The notes under the pieces: model-generated
Databases searched by the model: none
What the model saw: the letters and a program-made list of their open reading frames with translations, nothing else
What the model was told of the DNA's origin: nothing
IMG/VR virus record: IMGVR_UViG_3300021437_000016
Direction: 5' to 3' (one strand)
DNA: 64,000 bases
Origin: an uncultured virus (IMG/VR IMGVR_UViG_3300021437_000016)
Lineage: Duplodnaviria > Heunggongvirae > Uroviricota > Caudoviricetes
Translations under genes and position numbers: made by a program
Shown: one piece after another, positions 46,699 through 56,778 of the stretch
How positions within the stretch are numbered: the first letter of the stretch is position 1
Layout of the letters: each line of letters begins with the position of its first letter

Positions 46699-49600
46699 AT
46701 GATGACGGCTGGACAATTCCTGCGCGCTATCTGGCCCAGCAGCGGTAACTTCTGCACTGCGTACCCCATCCAGACTGACAGCGGAAAACCTGCTTGGTCG
46801 CATCACGTATTCCCGACTATTACCGAAGCCGTGTCCTTCGCGCATGAGAAGAAGCATATCAAGGATATGTACTTCGCCATGTTCACCCTCGAACAGCCAA
46901 AGGTATGGGACCCCACCAAGCCGGACTATAAGACCGGTGTACTCGGTGGGTGGACCTATCGCAAGAAGCCCAACATGCTCCAGACGCGTGTCCTTTACTT
47001 GGACATCGACGTCAACAAGGGGCTGAATAGTTACCCTGAGCAGCGCGACGCTCTCATCGCCTTGGCTGTCTTCATCAAGAAGATCGGCTTGCCTGAGCCG
47101 CTGATCGTGAACTCTGGCTACGGTGTCCACGTCTACTGGCGCTTCCCGACCCCGATCTCCTCCGCTGAGTGGCAGCCGATGGCTGACCAGCTGCAGGCGC
47201 TGGCAGTGCATCACAAGCTGCACGTCGATCCAGCCATCACGACTGACTGCGCACGCATCCTCCGCATCCCGGAGACCATCAACCACAAGTTCGGTAAGCA
47301 GGCCGACGTCACGGTCCTCGCACCCGGCGTCGAGACCTCGGTCGACCACCTGAGGAAAGTCCTGTCGGATGCGGTCATCCGTGACTCGGTTGAGGTCGAG
47401 GCCACCAAGGCACCCCGGCTGCCGGTCATAGACAATGGCCTGAAGCAGCAGACGTTCAACGATTTCGGCCCGCCGCCCAAGCTGGGTGAGGTCGTGGCAG
47501 CCTGCGGCCAGGTGCGCAACATGGTCCGCGCGCACTGCGAGGCAGGCTTCGAGCACTATGGGCGTCTGCACCACAACGCATGGTACAAGGGCTTCATCTC
47601 GACGATCGCGTATCTCGATCAGGGCGAGGACATCTGCCGCGACCTGACCAAGCTCTGGCCGCGCAACAAGTCGGACGTCGAGGCCAAGATCGTCCAGACC
47701 AAGACCCATGGACCGTCGAAGTGCTCGACCATCGAAGCGGTCGCAGCGTCCGAGATGCCATGGGGAGACAGCCCCTGCCGTGCGTGCAAGTGGCGCGATG
47801 ATGCCAGTGTCCCCAACCCGCTGGTCGCCGCGCGCCGTGGTGCGTCGGCTCCGCAGCCGACGATGGCCCCGCCCCCTCCCCCGGTGCAGCCGTTGCTTGC
47901 TGCGGTTCCGCCAGCGCCCAACCAGACGCTGTTCGCTGCTCTGCTTCCGAACCCGCCGCACCCTTACAAGCGGACCCCGGGCTACGGCATTACGCTGACG
48001 CAGACGGACAAGGACGGGAATGAGAAAACCTCGGTCATCTATCCGAACGACCTCTACCCCCTCAAGCGCCTGCTCAACCACGACACAGGCACTGAGCAGC
48101 AAGTCTGGCGCGTGGTGCTTCCCCGCACCGGGTCGCGAGACTTCACCATCGACGCGGACGTCCTCTACGACTCCCGCAAGTTCAACGTGGCGATCGCCAA
48201 CAACGGTCTCTACCCCAACAAGGCCGACATCCCGGCACTGCAGGACTATATGGTAGCCTATATCAAACAGCTTCAGAAAGACATGGACGGCGAAGTTCAG
48301 AAGTCCCACCTCGGCTGGACCGATGACTGCGCATCTTTCGTTGCCCCCGACAAGACGTTCATGCCTGACGGCTCGGTGCGCCAGACATCACTGACCACGG
48401 CAGCCCAGCGCGCCGCCCAGCATATCACGCGCAAGGGCGACCTGCAGCGCCAGGTGGAGCTTCTGCGCTTCTACAACAACCCAGCCTATGTCGGATCGCA
48501 ATTCGCCATCCTCGCGGCGCTGGGGTCGATCCTGTTCCACTTCACCGGGCATCATGGTGTGGTGGTCAATATGTCCGGCACGGCCGGCGCGTCGAAGTCC
48601 ACCACGCTGTACACAGCCGCCTCACTGTTCGGCCATCCCAAGCTGTGGTCCCTGAACGGAACCAACCAAGGCGCGACCATGAAGGGCCGGGCCCAGCGTA
48701 TCGCGACCAGCGGCAATTATCCGACCTGCGTCGACGAGATCACCCACATGGGTGTCAAGGACGTCAACGACATGGTCATGGGTATCACGCAGCCCAACCA
48801 CCGCCTGCGCCTCCAGTCGGACGGCACCGAGCAGGCGATGCCCGACGGGTACAAGTCGGCGATCATGCTCTCGACCGCCAACAGCTCGCTGCACTCGGTA
48901 CTGTCGCTGGACAACACGGCTGGTACGGCTGGCTCGATGCGCGTCGTGGAGCTGAAGTTCGTCAAGACCAACGTCCACACCAAGGCTGAGGCCGACACGT
49001 TCCTGCGTGAGATCGAGCAGAACTATGGCTGGATCGGCGAGGCGTTCATCGCCTTCGTGGTGCGCAACATCGAGCTGGTCCGCAACGCCGTGCAACGTGT
49101 CATGCAACAGATCGACGAGGAAGCTGGTATCCAGGCAGCTGAACGCTTCTGGTCAGCACCACTCACGGTCGCGCTTGTGGCCTGCGACATCGCCAACGCC
49201 CTCGGCCTTCTGGAGTACGACCGCGAAGTGATCCACCGCTGGTATGTCGATGCCCAGATTCCCTATATGCGCGGTGTCGTGAGTGAGGAGTACCGGACAC
49301 CCCTCGCCATCCTGACCGACTACATTGCCGAGAAGCACAGCAACATTGTGGTGGTCGATCGCACCTCTTCGATGGGCGTCAACACCGGCGGGGCGAAGGT
49401 CCCCAGCGAGACATCCTATGTGGTCGGACGGCCTCCGAGCGGCCCGCTGCTCGGGCACTACGACATGAAATCGCAGACGCTCTACCTGCTCAAACAGGCG
49501 TTCAAGGAGCATTGTGGCCGGATCGGTGCAGCGTCCACCCGGGTGCTCGACGATCTCTATGCGCCGCGCGAGGCCGGGTCCCGGACCCTGAAGCGGATCG

Positions 49601-49782
49601 TCCCGGACCGATCGGCCCGGCGCACCCTTGGCGCTGGCACTGAGCTGGCGAAGGGCCAGAGCTGGTGCTTCGCTGTCGACATGAGCCACCCGGAGATTTC
49701 CGGAGCCACACCACTGTCCACGGTTCAGGGTGGGGCCCAGGCTCCGACTGCGCCGGCGGGTAACCTGAGGAGCGTGCCGTGA
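46699..49782 (+). CDS. primase (AEP/RepB-like) fused to a DUF927-type helicase domain
   Basis: LDID, SGYGVHVYW, ARILRIPETIN; C-terminal GTAGASKST P-loop and CVDE; GAGGT SD. Confidence 0.85.
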   Translation: MMTAGQFLRAIWPSSGNFCTAYPIQTDSGKPAWSHHVFPTITEAVSFAHEKKHIKDMYFAMFTLEQPKVWDPTKPDYKTGVLGGWTYRKKPNMLQTRVLYLDIDVNKGLNSYPEQRDALIALAVFIKKIGLPEPLIVNSGYGVHVYWRFPTPISSAEWQPMADQLQALAVHHKLHVDPAITTDCARILRIPETINHKFGKQADVTVLAPGVETSVDHLRKVLSDAVIRDSVEVEATKAPRLPVIDNGLKQQTFNDFGPPPKLGEVVAACGQVRNMVRAHCEAGFEHYGRLHHNAWYKGFISTIAYLDQGEDICRDLTKLWPRNKSDVEAKIVQTKTHGPSKCSTIEAVAASEMPWGDSPCRACKWRDDASVPNPLVAARRGASAPQPTMAPPPPPVQPLLAAVPPAPNQTLFAALLPNPPHPYKRTPGYGITLTQTDKDGNEKTSVIYPNDLYPLKRLLNHDTGTEQQVWRVVLPRTGSRDFTIDADVLYDSRKFNVAIANNGLYPNKADIPALQDYMVAYIKQLQKDMDGEVQKSHLGWTDDCASFVAPDKTFMPDGSVRQTSLTTAAQRAAQHITRKGDLQRQVELLRFYNNPAYVGSQFAILAALGSILFHFTGHHGVVVNMSGTAGASKSTTLYTAASLFGHPKLWSLNGTNQGATMKGRAQRIATSGNYPTCVDEITHMGVKDVNDMVMGITQPNHRLRLQSDGTEQAMPDGYKSAIMLSTANSSLHSVLSLDNTAGTAGSMRVVELKFVKTNVHTKAEADTFLREIEQNYGWIGEAFIAFVVRNIELVRNAVQRVMQQIDEEAGIQAAERFWSAPLTVALVACDIANALGLLEYDREVIHRWYVDAQIPYMRGVVSEEYRTPLAILTDYIAEKHSNIVVVDRTSSMGVNTGGAKVPSETSYVVGRPPSGPLLGHYDMKSQTLYLLKQAFKEHCGRIGAASTRVLDDLYAPREAGSRTLKRIVPDRSARRTLGAGTELAKGQSWCFAVDMSHPEISGATPLSTVQGGAQAPTAPAGNLRSVP

Positions 49783-50069
49783 CTAACCTCGTACAGATCG
49801 CAGCGACCCTTGAGGCGCTGGCAGCGAAGGTAACGCCGGGAGAGTGGGAGGTTGAACAGCCGCTGGATCATGAGTTGTGGCTGGTCGAAGCAGGCCTTCC
49901 CAACCCAGAGTGGCGCGTCATCAGCGGCCTACCTTTCCCCGATGAGAAGGGTGATATTCCGAAGCGTCAGGTGGAAGCCAATGCCGCCCTGATCGTCGCC
50001 CTGCGCAACAACCTCCCCACGATCATAACTGCGCTCAAGGCAATGGAGGAACAGACCGATGGCGAGTGA
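49779..50069 (+). CDS. Ead/Ea22-like small protein
   Basis: LAAKVTPGEW...ANAALIVALRNNLP. Confidence 0.65.
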   Translation: MTNLVQIAATLEALAAKVTPGEWEVEQPLDHELWLVEAGLPNPEWRVISGLPFPDEKGDIPKRQVEANAALIVALRNNLPTIITALKAMEEQTDGE

Positions 50070-50322
50070 CCTAGCACAGATCGAAGCGACCTGTCAGACG
50101 TGCCGGTGGTTCGTGAAGCATGAACCGCAGTTCATCTATGGCGATTGCCACCGCTACCCGGCGACTTTCAACTTTCACGCGAACATCAGTGACCCGGCAG
50201 AATGGAGGTCGGAGCGATTTAGGATCGATGTGATACGCGAGCGAAACGCTGTTTGGCCGAACATTCACCAAGATGAGTTCTGCGGCGAACACCAACTGAA
50301 GGAACAGACCGATGGCGAGTGA
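50047..50322 (+). repeat. 23-bp direct repeats flanking one gene
   Basis: AGGAACAGACCGATGGCGAGTGA at 50047-50069 and 50300-50322. Confidence 0.9.
50059..50322 (+). CDS. small Cys-rich hypothetical protein
   Basis: CQTCRW...GDCHRYP...WP...FCGEH. Confidence 0.7.
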   Translation: MASDLAQIEATCQTCRWFVKHEPQFIYGDCHRYPATFNFHANISDPAEWRSERFRIDVIRERNAVWPNIHQDEFCGEHQLKEQTDGE

Positions 50323-50539
50323 TCTTGTAGAGCGGTTGCGGGACCAAGTGCCACAAGGAACGCCGTTGTCCGTATGCCATATGCTCGACGAAGCAGCCGA
50401 CCGCATCACCGAACTGGAAGCGGAGGTCGAGCGGCTCAAGAACCTCGCAAAACAGAACAACAATTTGGCGAAGATGTACAAGCAGCAGGCCGACGAGTTT
50501 CGCGCCAAGTATGTCTCCGCAGCAGGAGGACCGGATTGA
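50312..50539 (+). CDS. small coiled-coil hypothetical protein
   Basis: DLVERLR...EAADRITELEAEVERL. Confidence 0.7.
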   Translation: MASDLVERLRDQVPQGTPLSVCHMLDEAADRITELEAEVERLKNLAKQNNNLAKMYKQQADEFRAKYVSAAGGPD

Positions 50540-50787
50540 TGTTTGATCTACCGAAACGCTTGCAGACCGTGGCAAAAAACATTGAAGCGCTCGGCCCGGC
50601 CAGTACCAGTGCATACCTGCTTCAAGCGGCCACAGAACTGAATGCTCACCGCGACCGCATCACCCAGCAGGACGCGGTTATCGCGGGGCTGGTGGAGGCG
50701 CTGGAGCGCATCGCAAACATGGAAATGCACCCAGAGTTGATCGCCCGCGCCGCCCTCGCAAAAGCCAAGGAGAGCCGTGATGTCTGA
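50539..50787 (+). CDS. hypothetical protein
   Basis: AGGAGG SD; LVEALERIA...IARAALAK. Confidence 0.65.
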   Translation: MFDLPKRLQTVAKNIEALGPASTSAYLLQAATELNAHRDRITQQDAVIAGLVEALERIANMEMHPELIARAALAKAKESRDV

Positions 50788-50898
50788 ACCGAGCGCGTGG
50801 CTGTATGACTGCAATCCGCAAAAATACCGTTTGACAATATCGGACGCACCCTATATTCAATGGCGCAGGGGATGACCTCGCCGACAGGAGAATGTGAG

Positions 50899-51102
50899 AT
50901 GACTACCGCCAGAACCTACAAAGGGTTTGAGATACGGAACAAGACTTGGAGCAAGGGCTATGCAGTCTACGATCCGAGGTTCCCGAAATCCCCGTTGCAG
51001 TTCGCTGATACGCTTGTTTTGGCCCGTGGCTGGATACAAGCCTACCGCAACGGTACCACTTGGGCGGTGCTTTCCGTTCTGAACGAGGGCGAGCGCACAT
51101 GA
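50899..51102 (+). CDS. small hypothetical protein
   Basis: AGGAG SD; TTGACA promoter-like site at 50831. Confidence 0.6.
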   Translation: MTTARTYKGFEIRNKTWSKGYAVYDPRFPKSPLQFADTLVLARGWIQAYRNGTTWAVLSVLNEGERT

Positions 51103-51281
51103 TGGGCTGGCTGTTAAGTATCCTTCCGCGCAAGTGGCTTCAAGACGCGCTGTATGAGCAATTCTTGAGGACACTACCACGCGGAGAGTTTTGGCGGCTC
51201 CATCATTGGGGTGCAACTGGAAATCCGAAGCACCATGAGTTTCAATGGGCAGACCACATAGGAGATAACGATGGACGCTGA
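51099..51281 (+). CDS. small hypothetical protein
   Basis: ATGA-coupled. Confidence 0.5.
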   Translation: MMGWLLSILPRKWLQDALYEQFLRTLPRGEFWRLHHWGATGNPKHHEFQWADHIGDNDGR

Positions 51282-51450
51282 TGACATGGCTGATGCTCTG
51301 ACATGGCATCTGAATAAAGATAGTTGGAAGGCGGTTTTTCTTGGCCTTGGTGAGATCAAGTTCACCAATGAGAACGGCGATGAATACCGGCTTACTGTCG
51401 AAGAGTGGGATGCCGAGTGGGACGATAGTGTGCCGGAGGACGAAGATTGA
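51271..51450 (+). CDS. 59-aa acidic protein (absent from the ORF track)
   Basis: AGGAG SD; MDADDMADALTWHL...PEDED. Confidence 0.55.
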   Translation: MDADDMADALTWHLNKDSWKAVFLGLGEIKFTNENGDEYRLTVEEWDAEWDDSVPEDED

Positions 51451-51683
51451 CCCCCACCGACCTCCGCGCTGCCCGCAAGTCCCTCGGCTATACTCAGAAG
51501 CAGTTAGCCAAGGCCCTGCGCATGGGGAAGCATGGCTGGCAGACCATTAGTAAGTGGGAATCCGATGACTTCACCGGAACGATACCCGGACCTGTCCAGA
51601 TCGCGCTTGAGCATATCGCGCACTGTCGCGGCGAGTACAGGAGCATGAGCGATGCGCATCGCCCTAGTGACATCGATCACTGA
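51447..51683 (+). CDS. XRE-family HTH protein
   Basis: MTPTDLRAARKSLGYTQKQLAKAL...TISKWE...IPGPV. Confidence 0.8.
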   Translation: MTPTDLRAARKSLGYTQKQLAKALRMGKHGWQTISKWESDDFTGTIPGPVQIALEHIAHCRGEYRSMSDAHRPSDIDH

Positions 51684-52471
51684 GCCTTGCGGAACCGGTA
51701 GATGCCGTTCTCATCCTGGTACATGAGCGGATTTCCAAGCCCTTCCTGCGCCGCCCACGGAGCAGGGCTCATGATCTGGTTGCGACGCAATGCTCTGACC
51801 TCTTGCTCGGTCGGCTGAGGGATACTGTTGGTCCGATAGTTGATATCGGTGGTGTTCTTGACATCAGCTGCGTGGGCGTTGACGAGGCCGATGTCAGCCT
51901 GCGCTCTTGGCCCCATCCACTTGGTCTGCTCTGCGGTGTTTGCTGCAGCTGCACGCATCTGTGCGATGTTGGCCTCCGTTTCCCCAGGCATCAGCGCTGC
52001 CTTAACGTCGTTAAGGCGCGAGCCTGACAGGTTCTGGGTATAGCCGCCGACAGTGTTCAGCATCAGCGCGGCTTCGGACGGCCTGTACCCACGGTTCAGA
52101 TAGTTGTCGAGCGCGCCTGCTCCGCTCTCCCTACCACCCCACACCTGGATGTTGTTCTTGAACCCAGGAGTGGTCCAATTCTGGTAGTGCCCGTTACCGA
52201 TATCGGAGCTGTTGGTCAGCGTATGAGGATTCAGGGACCCGACGCTTTGGTTGCTCCCACGCACCTGTTGGTCGCTCTGGATGCGCCCCCCGGTGTTCGC
52301 GACTCCAGTCAGTGCCTGGATGCCTTGCGTGACAGGGGATGCCGGCTTCGGCGCAGCAGCCACAGCAGGCGTTACGGCAGGCTTCTTTGCCATGTCGGCA
52401 GTCGGCGCGGTCGGCCGCATGATCGAGTAGCTGGAGGCCAGAAGGTTGGCCATGTTGTCGGGGAGTTTCAT
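51677..52471 (-). CDS. putative virion/internal protein, last gene of the late arm
   Basis: 264 aa, AGGA SD. Confidence 0.65.
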   Translation of the reverse strand: MKLPDNMANLLASSYSIMRPTAPTADMAKKPAVTPAVAAAPKPASPVTQGIQALTGVANTGGRIQSDQQVRGSNQSVGSLNPHTLTNSSDIGNGHYQNWTTPGFKNNIQVWGGRESGAGALDNYLNRGYRPSEAALMLNTVGGYTQNLSGSRLNDVKAALMPGETEANIAQMRAAAANTAEQTKWMGPRAQADIGLVNAHAADVKNTTDINYRTNSIPQPTEQEVRALRRNQIMSPAPWAAQEGLGNPLMYQDENGIYRFRKAQ

Positions 52472-52485
52472 GTCCTAGGTCCTTA

Positions 52486-54399
52486 TCAGGCGGGTCCGAT
52501 GTAGGTGTAGTTGGTAGCCCTGCTTGTGCTGTCTGTGTGGCCGTCCTGCTGCGAGTAGCTCCACGAGTTGCTGCGCTGTGACGCGAAGCTGCTGCTCGAC
52601 TGCACGCCGTAGCTGACCGACCAGTTGATGGCGTTGAGCGCCGCGGCTGCGATCTGAGCGTGGACCTGTGCACCGACCTTGGCGGCGTCCGACGCCACGT
52701 TGCGCGTCGTCACGTAGAGCTCAGCGTTGGCCTTGGCGGCACTGATGCCGATCTCAGCAGTCCGCTGGTTCTGATCGAGGAGCGCCTGCCACTGCTTGGT
52801 GAGGACCTCGTTGTAGGACGACACCCCGGAGACCTCGGCCTTGTAGGCGTCAGCCAGTGACGAGTTGTTGGAGACGATGGCCTGCACCCGGGCAGTCTCG
52901 CCCTGCACCGTGGCCTTGTACTTCTCCAGCTCGATGTTCTTGGCGTCGATCTGACCGCGGAACGCGGCGATGCGGCTGTCCACCTGCTTGGCGGCGGCTG
53001 TCACCTTGGCGCTATAGGCCTCGACCTGCGACTGGTAGACCTGCTGCTTGGTCTGCTCGGCCTGGAGCGTGGCGCGGAAGCCCTCCACCCCAGCGGTGTA
53101 GGCGTTGATCTTGGCACCATAGGCCTTGACCTGCTCACCGTAGATTTCGATCTTGGTCTTCTCGATCTCAGCCTTGGTCTGGATGCCAGCGATCTGCGCC
53201 TTGTAAATCTCGATGTTCGACAGCGAGACTTCCGCCATGGCTTTGTACTGGCTGACCAGCGCGGTGTTGACGTCGGCCTTGACCTTCTCTGCCTCGATCT
53301 GCGCCTTGTACGCTTCGACCCGCGACATCTCAGCCTGGATTTGCGCCGTGTAAATCTGGACCTTGGTCTTGTAGACGTCGACCAGTGAAGCGTAGGCCTG
53401 CACCTGTGCGTTATAGATCGAGATGCCTGCCTCGGTCGCATACTTGGTGGCGTCGAACAGCCGCTGCTCCACCGAGTTGGTGTAGTTCAGCATCTGGCCT
53501 TCGAGCTGCTGCGCGGTCTGCAGGGCTGCCAGCACGTTGCTCTGCTCCAGCTCAGCCTGCTTGATCATCACCTCGCGGCTGTGGCCGCGCAGCGCGTAGT
53601 CAGTCTCGGTGGTGATCTTGATCCGAGCGTCGAGGTATGTCCCGGGAGGCAAGGCATAGCCGAGGCTCTCCATCCGCTCCAGGTCCGCGATAGCGTCGCG
53701 CTGCGCCCGGTACTCCCGCTCCCGACCACGGTCCCAGATCGCGTTCTCGACGTCGGAGTTAAGCCCGGTGCCGCCGTTCTCGATGCGGTCCTGCAGCGTG
53801 GCAGCCACGCTGGTGAGGAGGGCGGAGGTATACTGCGACCCCGGAACGTACTCGCGCACCGAGGGAGCCGTCAGCGCCAGCACAGGGTCAGTCGCTGTGA
53901 AGGTCGGCATGGTGACACCGTCGAACGGGGTGACGCTGATCGACAACAGGTTCGGCGTGGCTGGGAGCGAGATGCTCAGCGTCGGGTCCACGTAGCTCAG
54001 GTTGATCGCCGGAGCATCCGGTGCCAGCTCGCTGAAGGCTGCAGGCGCAGAGCCGAACGTGAGCGTGGGTGGGGAGTCGTCGAACGGAGCCGGCATCAGG
54101 TCCGTGATCGTCAGCGTGTCTGTGAATGCTGTCGGAGCAGCAGGAGACTCCCACACGATCTGCTGGAAATCAGGAGTCGCCACGATCGATACAGCAGGCG
54201 CGTCGACCGTGCTGAACGTCGGGGTGATGACGGCAGGAGCCATGCCGGCGACGATACCTGCAAGCTGCAGCGTGTAGTCTGCAACACGTGCGATCTCAGT
54301 CGCCGCAGTGTTCGAGATATCTCCCGGATCGCCGAGCGAGGCACCGCCGATCGGTGCTGGTGATTGTGCTGAGGTATCTGGCGGTAGCGTAGCCATCAC
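52486..54399 (-). CDS. virion protein with long coiled-coil region
   Basis: 637 aa; Pro/Thr-rich N-half, periodic Y-x-A-Q helical C-half. Confidence 0.75.
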   Translation of the reverse strand: MMATLPPDTSAQSPAPIGGASLGDPGDISNTAATEIARVADYTLQLAGIVAGMAPAVITPTFSTVDAPAVSIVATPDFQQIVWESPAAPTAFTDTLTITDLMPAPFDDSPPTLTFGSAPAAFSELAPDAPAINLSYVDPTLSISLPATPNLLSISVTPFDGVTMPTFTATDPVLALTAPSVREYVPGSQYTSALLTSVAATLQDRIENGGTGLNSDVENAIWDRGREREYRAQRDAIADLERMESLGYALPPGTYLDARIKITTETDYALRGHSREVMIKQAELEQSNVLAALQTAQQLEGQMLNYTNSVEQRLFDATKYATEAGISIYNAQVQAYASLVDVYKTKVQIYTAQIQAEMSRVEAYKAQIEAEKVKADVNTALVSQYKAMAEVSLSNIEIYKAQIAGIQTKAEIEKTKIEIYGEQVKAYGAKINAYTAGVEGFRATLQAEQTKQQVYQSQVEAYSAKVTAAAKQVDSRIAAFRGQIDAKNIELEKYKATVQGETARVQAIVSNNSSLADAYKAEVSGVSSYNEVLTKQWQALLDQNQRTAEIGISAAKANAELYVTTRNVASDAAKVGAQVHAQIAAAALNAINWSVSYGVQSSSSFASQRSNSWSYSQQDGHTDSTSRATNYTYIGPA

Positions 54400-54445
54400 G
54401 ATCTCCTGAAGCCTGCTCTGTATCAGCTACGCGCAGCGCGTACAA

Positions 54446-54766
54446 TCACGGAATAGCAGCCCAGCTCTCGGCAATGATCTGGTCCTGAGGTGTCGGGTCC
54501 CGGTCGGCGTTGACGCTCTTGGGCGGCGGTGCGATGCTCCCTGCACAGGCTGAGGTGTTGTCGAGCTTTGGTAGCGGAAGCCCCATGTACCGATCATCGA
54601 GAAAGTAATCATAGGTCCGCACAAGCTCCTGGCGCGGAGGGTCAGGGAGTGAGCTCCCATCATCCAGCCAACGATCATAACCGCCGGGGAAGTCATCCAC
54701 CCAGCGGTCGTAGATCGCCCGCCCGCGCACCATGGTGGCGCTGCGCTCTCCTGCATCCATCGTCAA
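54446..54766 (-). CDS. hypothetical protein
   Basis: 106-aa ORF coupled to the upstream gene. Confidence 0.5.
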   Translation of the reverse strand: MTMDAGERSATMVRGRAIYDRWVDDFPGGYDRWLDDGSSLPDPPRQELVRTYDYFLDDRYMGLPLPKLDNTSACAGSIAPPPKSVNADRDPTPQDQIIAESWAAIP

Positions 54767-55590
54767 TCACTCCAAGCGCGAAGGGAGTAGACGAACCCAC
54801 CGAGGGACTCGACCTCTTCCCTGAACTGGTTGTAGGCCCCGGCCGCAGCGTAGAACCCTGGATACACGTTGGCTGCCGACTCTGAGATGATGTCGAACGG
54901 AGGAGAGTCCAGGAACACATAGAACCCGCGGCCTGCGAACGCGTCGCCAGTGAGCATCTCCGCGATCCCGAGCCGATCGCGCATGATCGGTATCCACTGA
55001 TCTGAGCCCGCCGGGGCGTGCCCGTAGTCCGGGGTCACCGGGACCACCCACATAAGCGGGTCAGCATAGACTGCGTCAGGGATGCTGAGCGCTGCCTCAG
55101 GTCCGCCTGTCGGGCGGATGATGAACATCGGTGCGCGGGGGTGCGCCTCTCGGAACGCGTCGTACCCGGATTGCAGGATTCCTTGGATCGTCAGGTCTGT
55201 TTCATCTGCTATCTCAGGTCGCACACTCATCACAGAGATGAAGATGTAGTCCGGGTTGAACACCACACGACGGGGGTACCCCTCCACACCTGTTGCAGGA
55301 GCGTTCCCAGTAACTTGTTGGGGTGTGATTGTCACGATCTCCTGACCCTGCAACCGCTGGTAGCGCAGCTTGTGGTCGCCTCGATCCTCGATCATGTGCT
55401 CATGCTCGATGAACCCTGCGTCAGTCATAGACGCTGCCTTCCGGTAGAAGTGGCGCATCGAGGCTGCGAAGTGGTCCAGCACCGCTGCTGTGGCTGGATC
55501 ATCAGGAGCTATTCCGCTGACCCGGAAGATCGGCATCGAGCGGGAGATGTCCTGGCTTCCGGGCGGTATCCAGAACGGGAGCTTAGACAC
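54763..55590 (-). CDS. putative virion protein
   Basis: 275-aa ORF overlapping both neighbours. Confidence 0.65.
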   Translation of the reverse strand: MSKLPFWIPPGSQDISRSMPIFRVSGIAPDDPATAAVLDHFAASMRHFYRKAASMTDAGFIEHEHMIEDRGDHKLRYQRLQGQEIVTITPQQVTGNAPATGVEGYPRRVVFNPDYIFISVMSVRPEIADETDLTIQGILQSGYDAFREAHPRAPMFIIRPTGGPEAALSIPDAVYADPLMWVVPVTPDYGHAPAGSDQWIPIMRDRLGIAEMLTGDAFAGRGFYVFLDSPPFDIISESAANVYPGFYAAAGAYNQFREEVESLGGFVYSLRAWSD

Positions 55591-56752
55591 GGCGGTTCAC
55601 CACAATGGGCACGAACTCCAGCGTGTCGAGGTCGAAGTCCTGCCCGGCGCTGATCAGCTCGAATGAGAAGTACCGAGAGCGCTGGCCCTTGCCCATGTGG
55701 ACCCGGGTGGAGCGCATGCTCTGCGTGGTGATGCCGTAGTTGTAGGTCGTGCCGTCACCGTCCACGATCTTGAGGACGAAGTCCCCAGCCCCGCGTGTGG
55801 CGATATAGGCAGTGGACAGGCGCGAGAGCCGGGGGCCTCCGAACTGAAGGAGACCCCCTTTGATCCGCGCGACGATACCTGTCCCGGCGTCATCGTCGCC
55901 AAGGAGTTCGTAGATGCCACCGGTCACAGGGTCGGATGACGCTGCGATGAACTTCCCGTCCAACACGGCATAGCTGTTGAAGTTGTAGTTGCTGTACTCG
56001 GTCACCGCCCCGGTGCGTGTGTTGATCGCCCAGGTGGTGAAGTTCCCATTGGGTGCGGCATAGGCCGCGGTGATCTCGAAGCCGTCCCACAGAGAGTCGC
56101 TGTAGACCATCTCCACAAGCTGGTCGAACTCGATGGCAACGCCGTCGGTAACCGAGACACGAAGCAGCAGTGTGCCCTCTGGAGGGTCCTCCGCCAGTAC
56201 GAGCTCTTCTGTCAGCGTGTCGTAGGTGAGGCGCAGCGTGCTGAGCGCCTCCGCGATCCCTACACCCTCAACGATATCTGCTCCGAAGAACTGGCCCAGC
56301 GAGGATGCGACCCGCAGCTGGTCCACCAGCGACATCTGGTAGTGCGTAGACGGCGTGACGGTGCGCGAGAGGATGAGCGCATCGACGATGCGTGCTGCCT
56401 GGGTCACCACCTGCGTCAGACCCATGCCGACGCCGGACGTCAGGCTGACCGGAATGCCCTTGTAGACTTGCTCAAGGATCGCAGCTGTGTCGGCAAGCGA
56501 CAGGTGGTAGCGCAGGTTCGGGACGAAAGTCTCGGCAGCACGGATGACCTCTGCGACCAGCACGGCATAGGTGCCGGAGGCGGTCCCCGCCACACCGACA
56601 CCGGAGGTGAGAGAGCCGACAGCCGCGCGGACCCCGTCAGGGACAGGGCTCACCCGGATATCAGTCGAGATGCGTTCGACCGGATAATACGTGCGATCGA
56701 CCAACCCGATAATGGGCCAGTCGATCAGCTCGTCCTCAAATACTGTCGGCAT
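55583..56752 (-). CDS. putative tail protein
   Basis: 389 aa; WAINTRTGAVTEYSNYNFNS...GKGQRSRYF C-terminal domain. Confidence 0.7.
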   Translation of the reverse strand: MPTVFEDELIDWPIIGLVDRTYYPVERISTDIRVSPVPDGVRAAVGSLTSGVGVAGTASGTYAVLVAEVIRAAETFVPNLRYHLSLADTAAILEQVYKGIPVSLTSGVGMGLTQVVTQAARIVDALILSRTVTPSTHYQMSLVDQLRVASSLGQFFGADIVEGVGIAEALSTLRLTYDTLTEELVLAEDPPEGTLLLRVSVTDGVAIEFDQLVEMVYSDSLWDGFEITAAYAAPNGNFTTWAINTRTGAVTEYSNYNFNSYAVLDGKFIAASSDPVTGGIYELLGDDDAGTGIVARIKGGLLQFGGPRLSRLSTAYIATRGAGDFVLKIVDGDGTTYNYGITTQSMRSTRVHMGKGQRSRYFSFELISAGQDFDLDTLEFVPIVVNRRV

Positions 56753-56778
56753 TATCCGTCCACCTCAGTGCGACGGCA

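Noticed and set aside
46660..48309. Long antisense ORFs (this one, 5168..6535, 2837..4030, 11382..12491, 25733..26836 and others)
   Set aside because: Shadow frames of GC-rich genes with biased codon use; no SD or protein motifs
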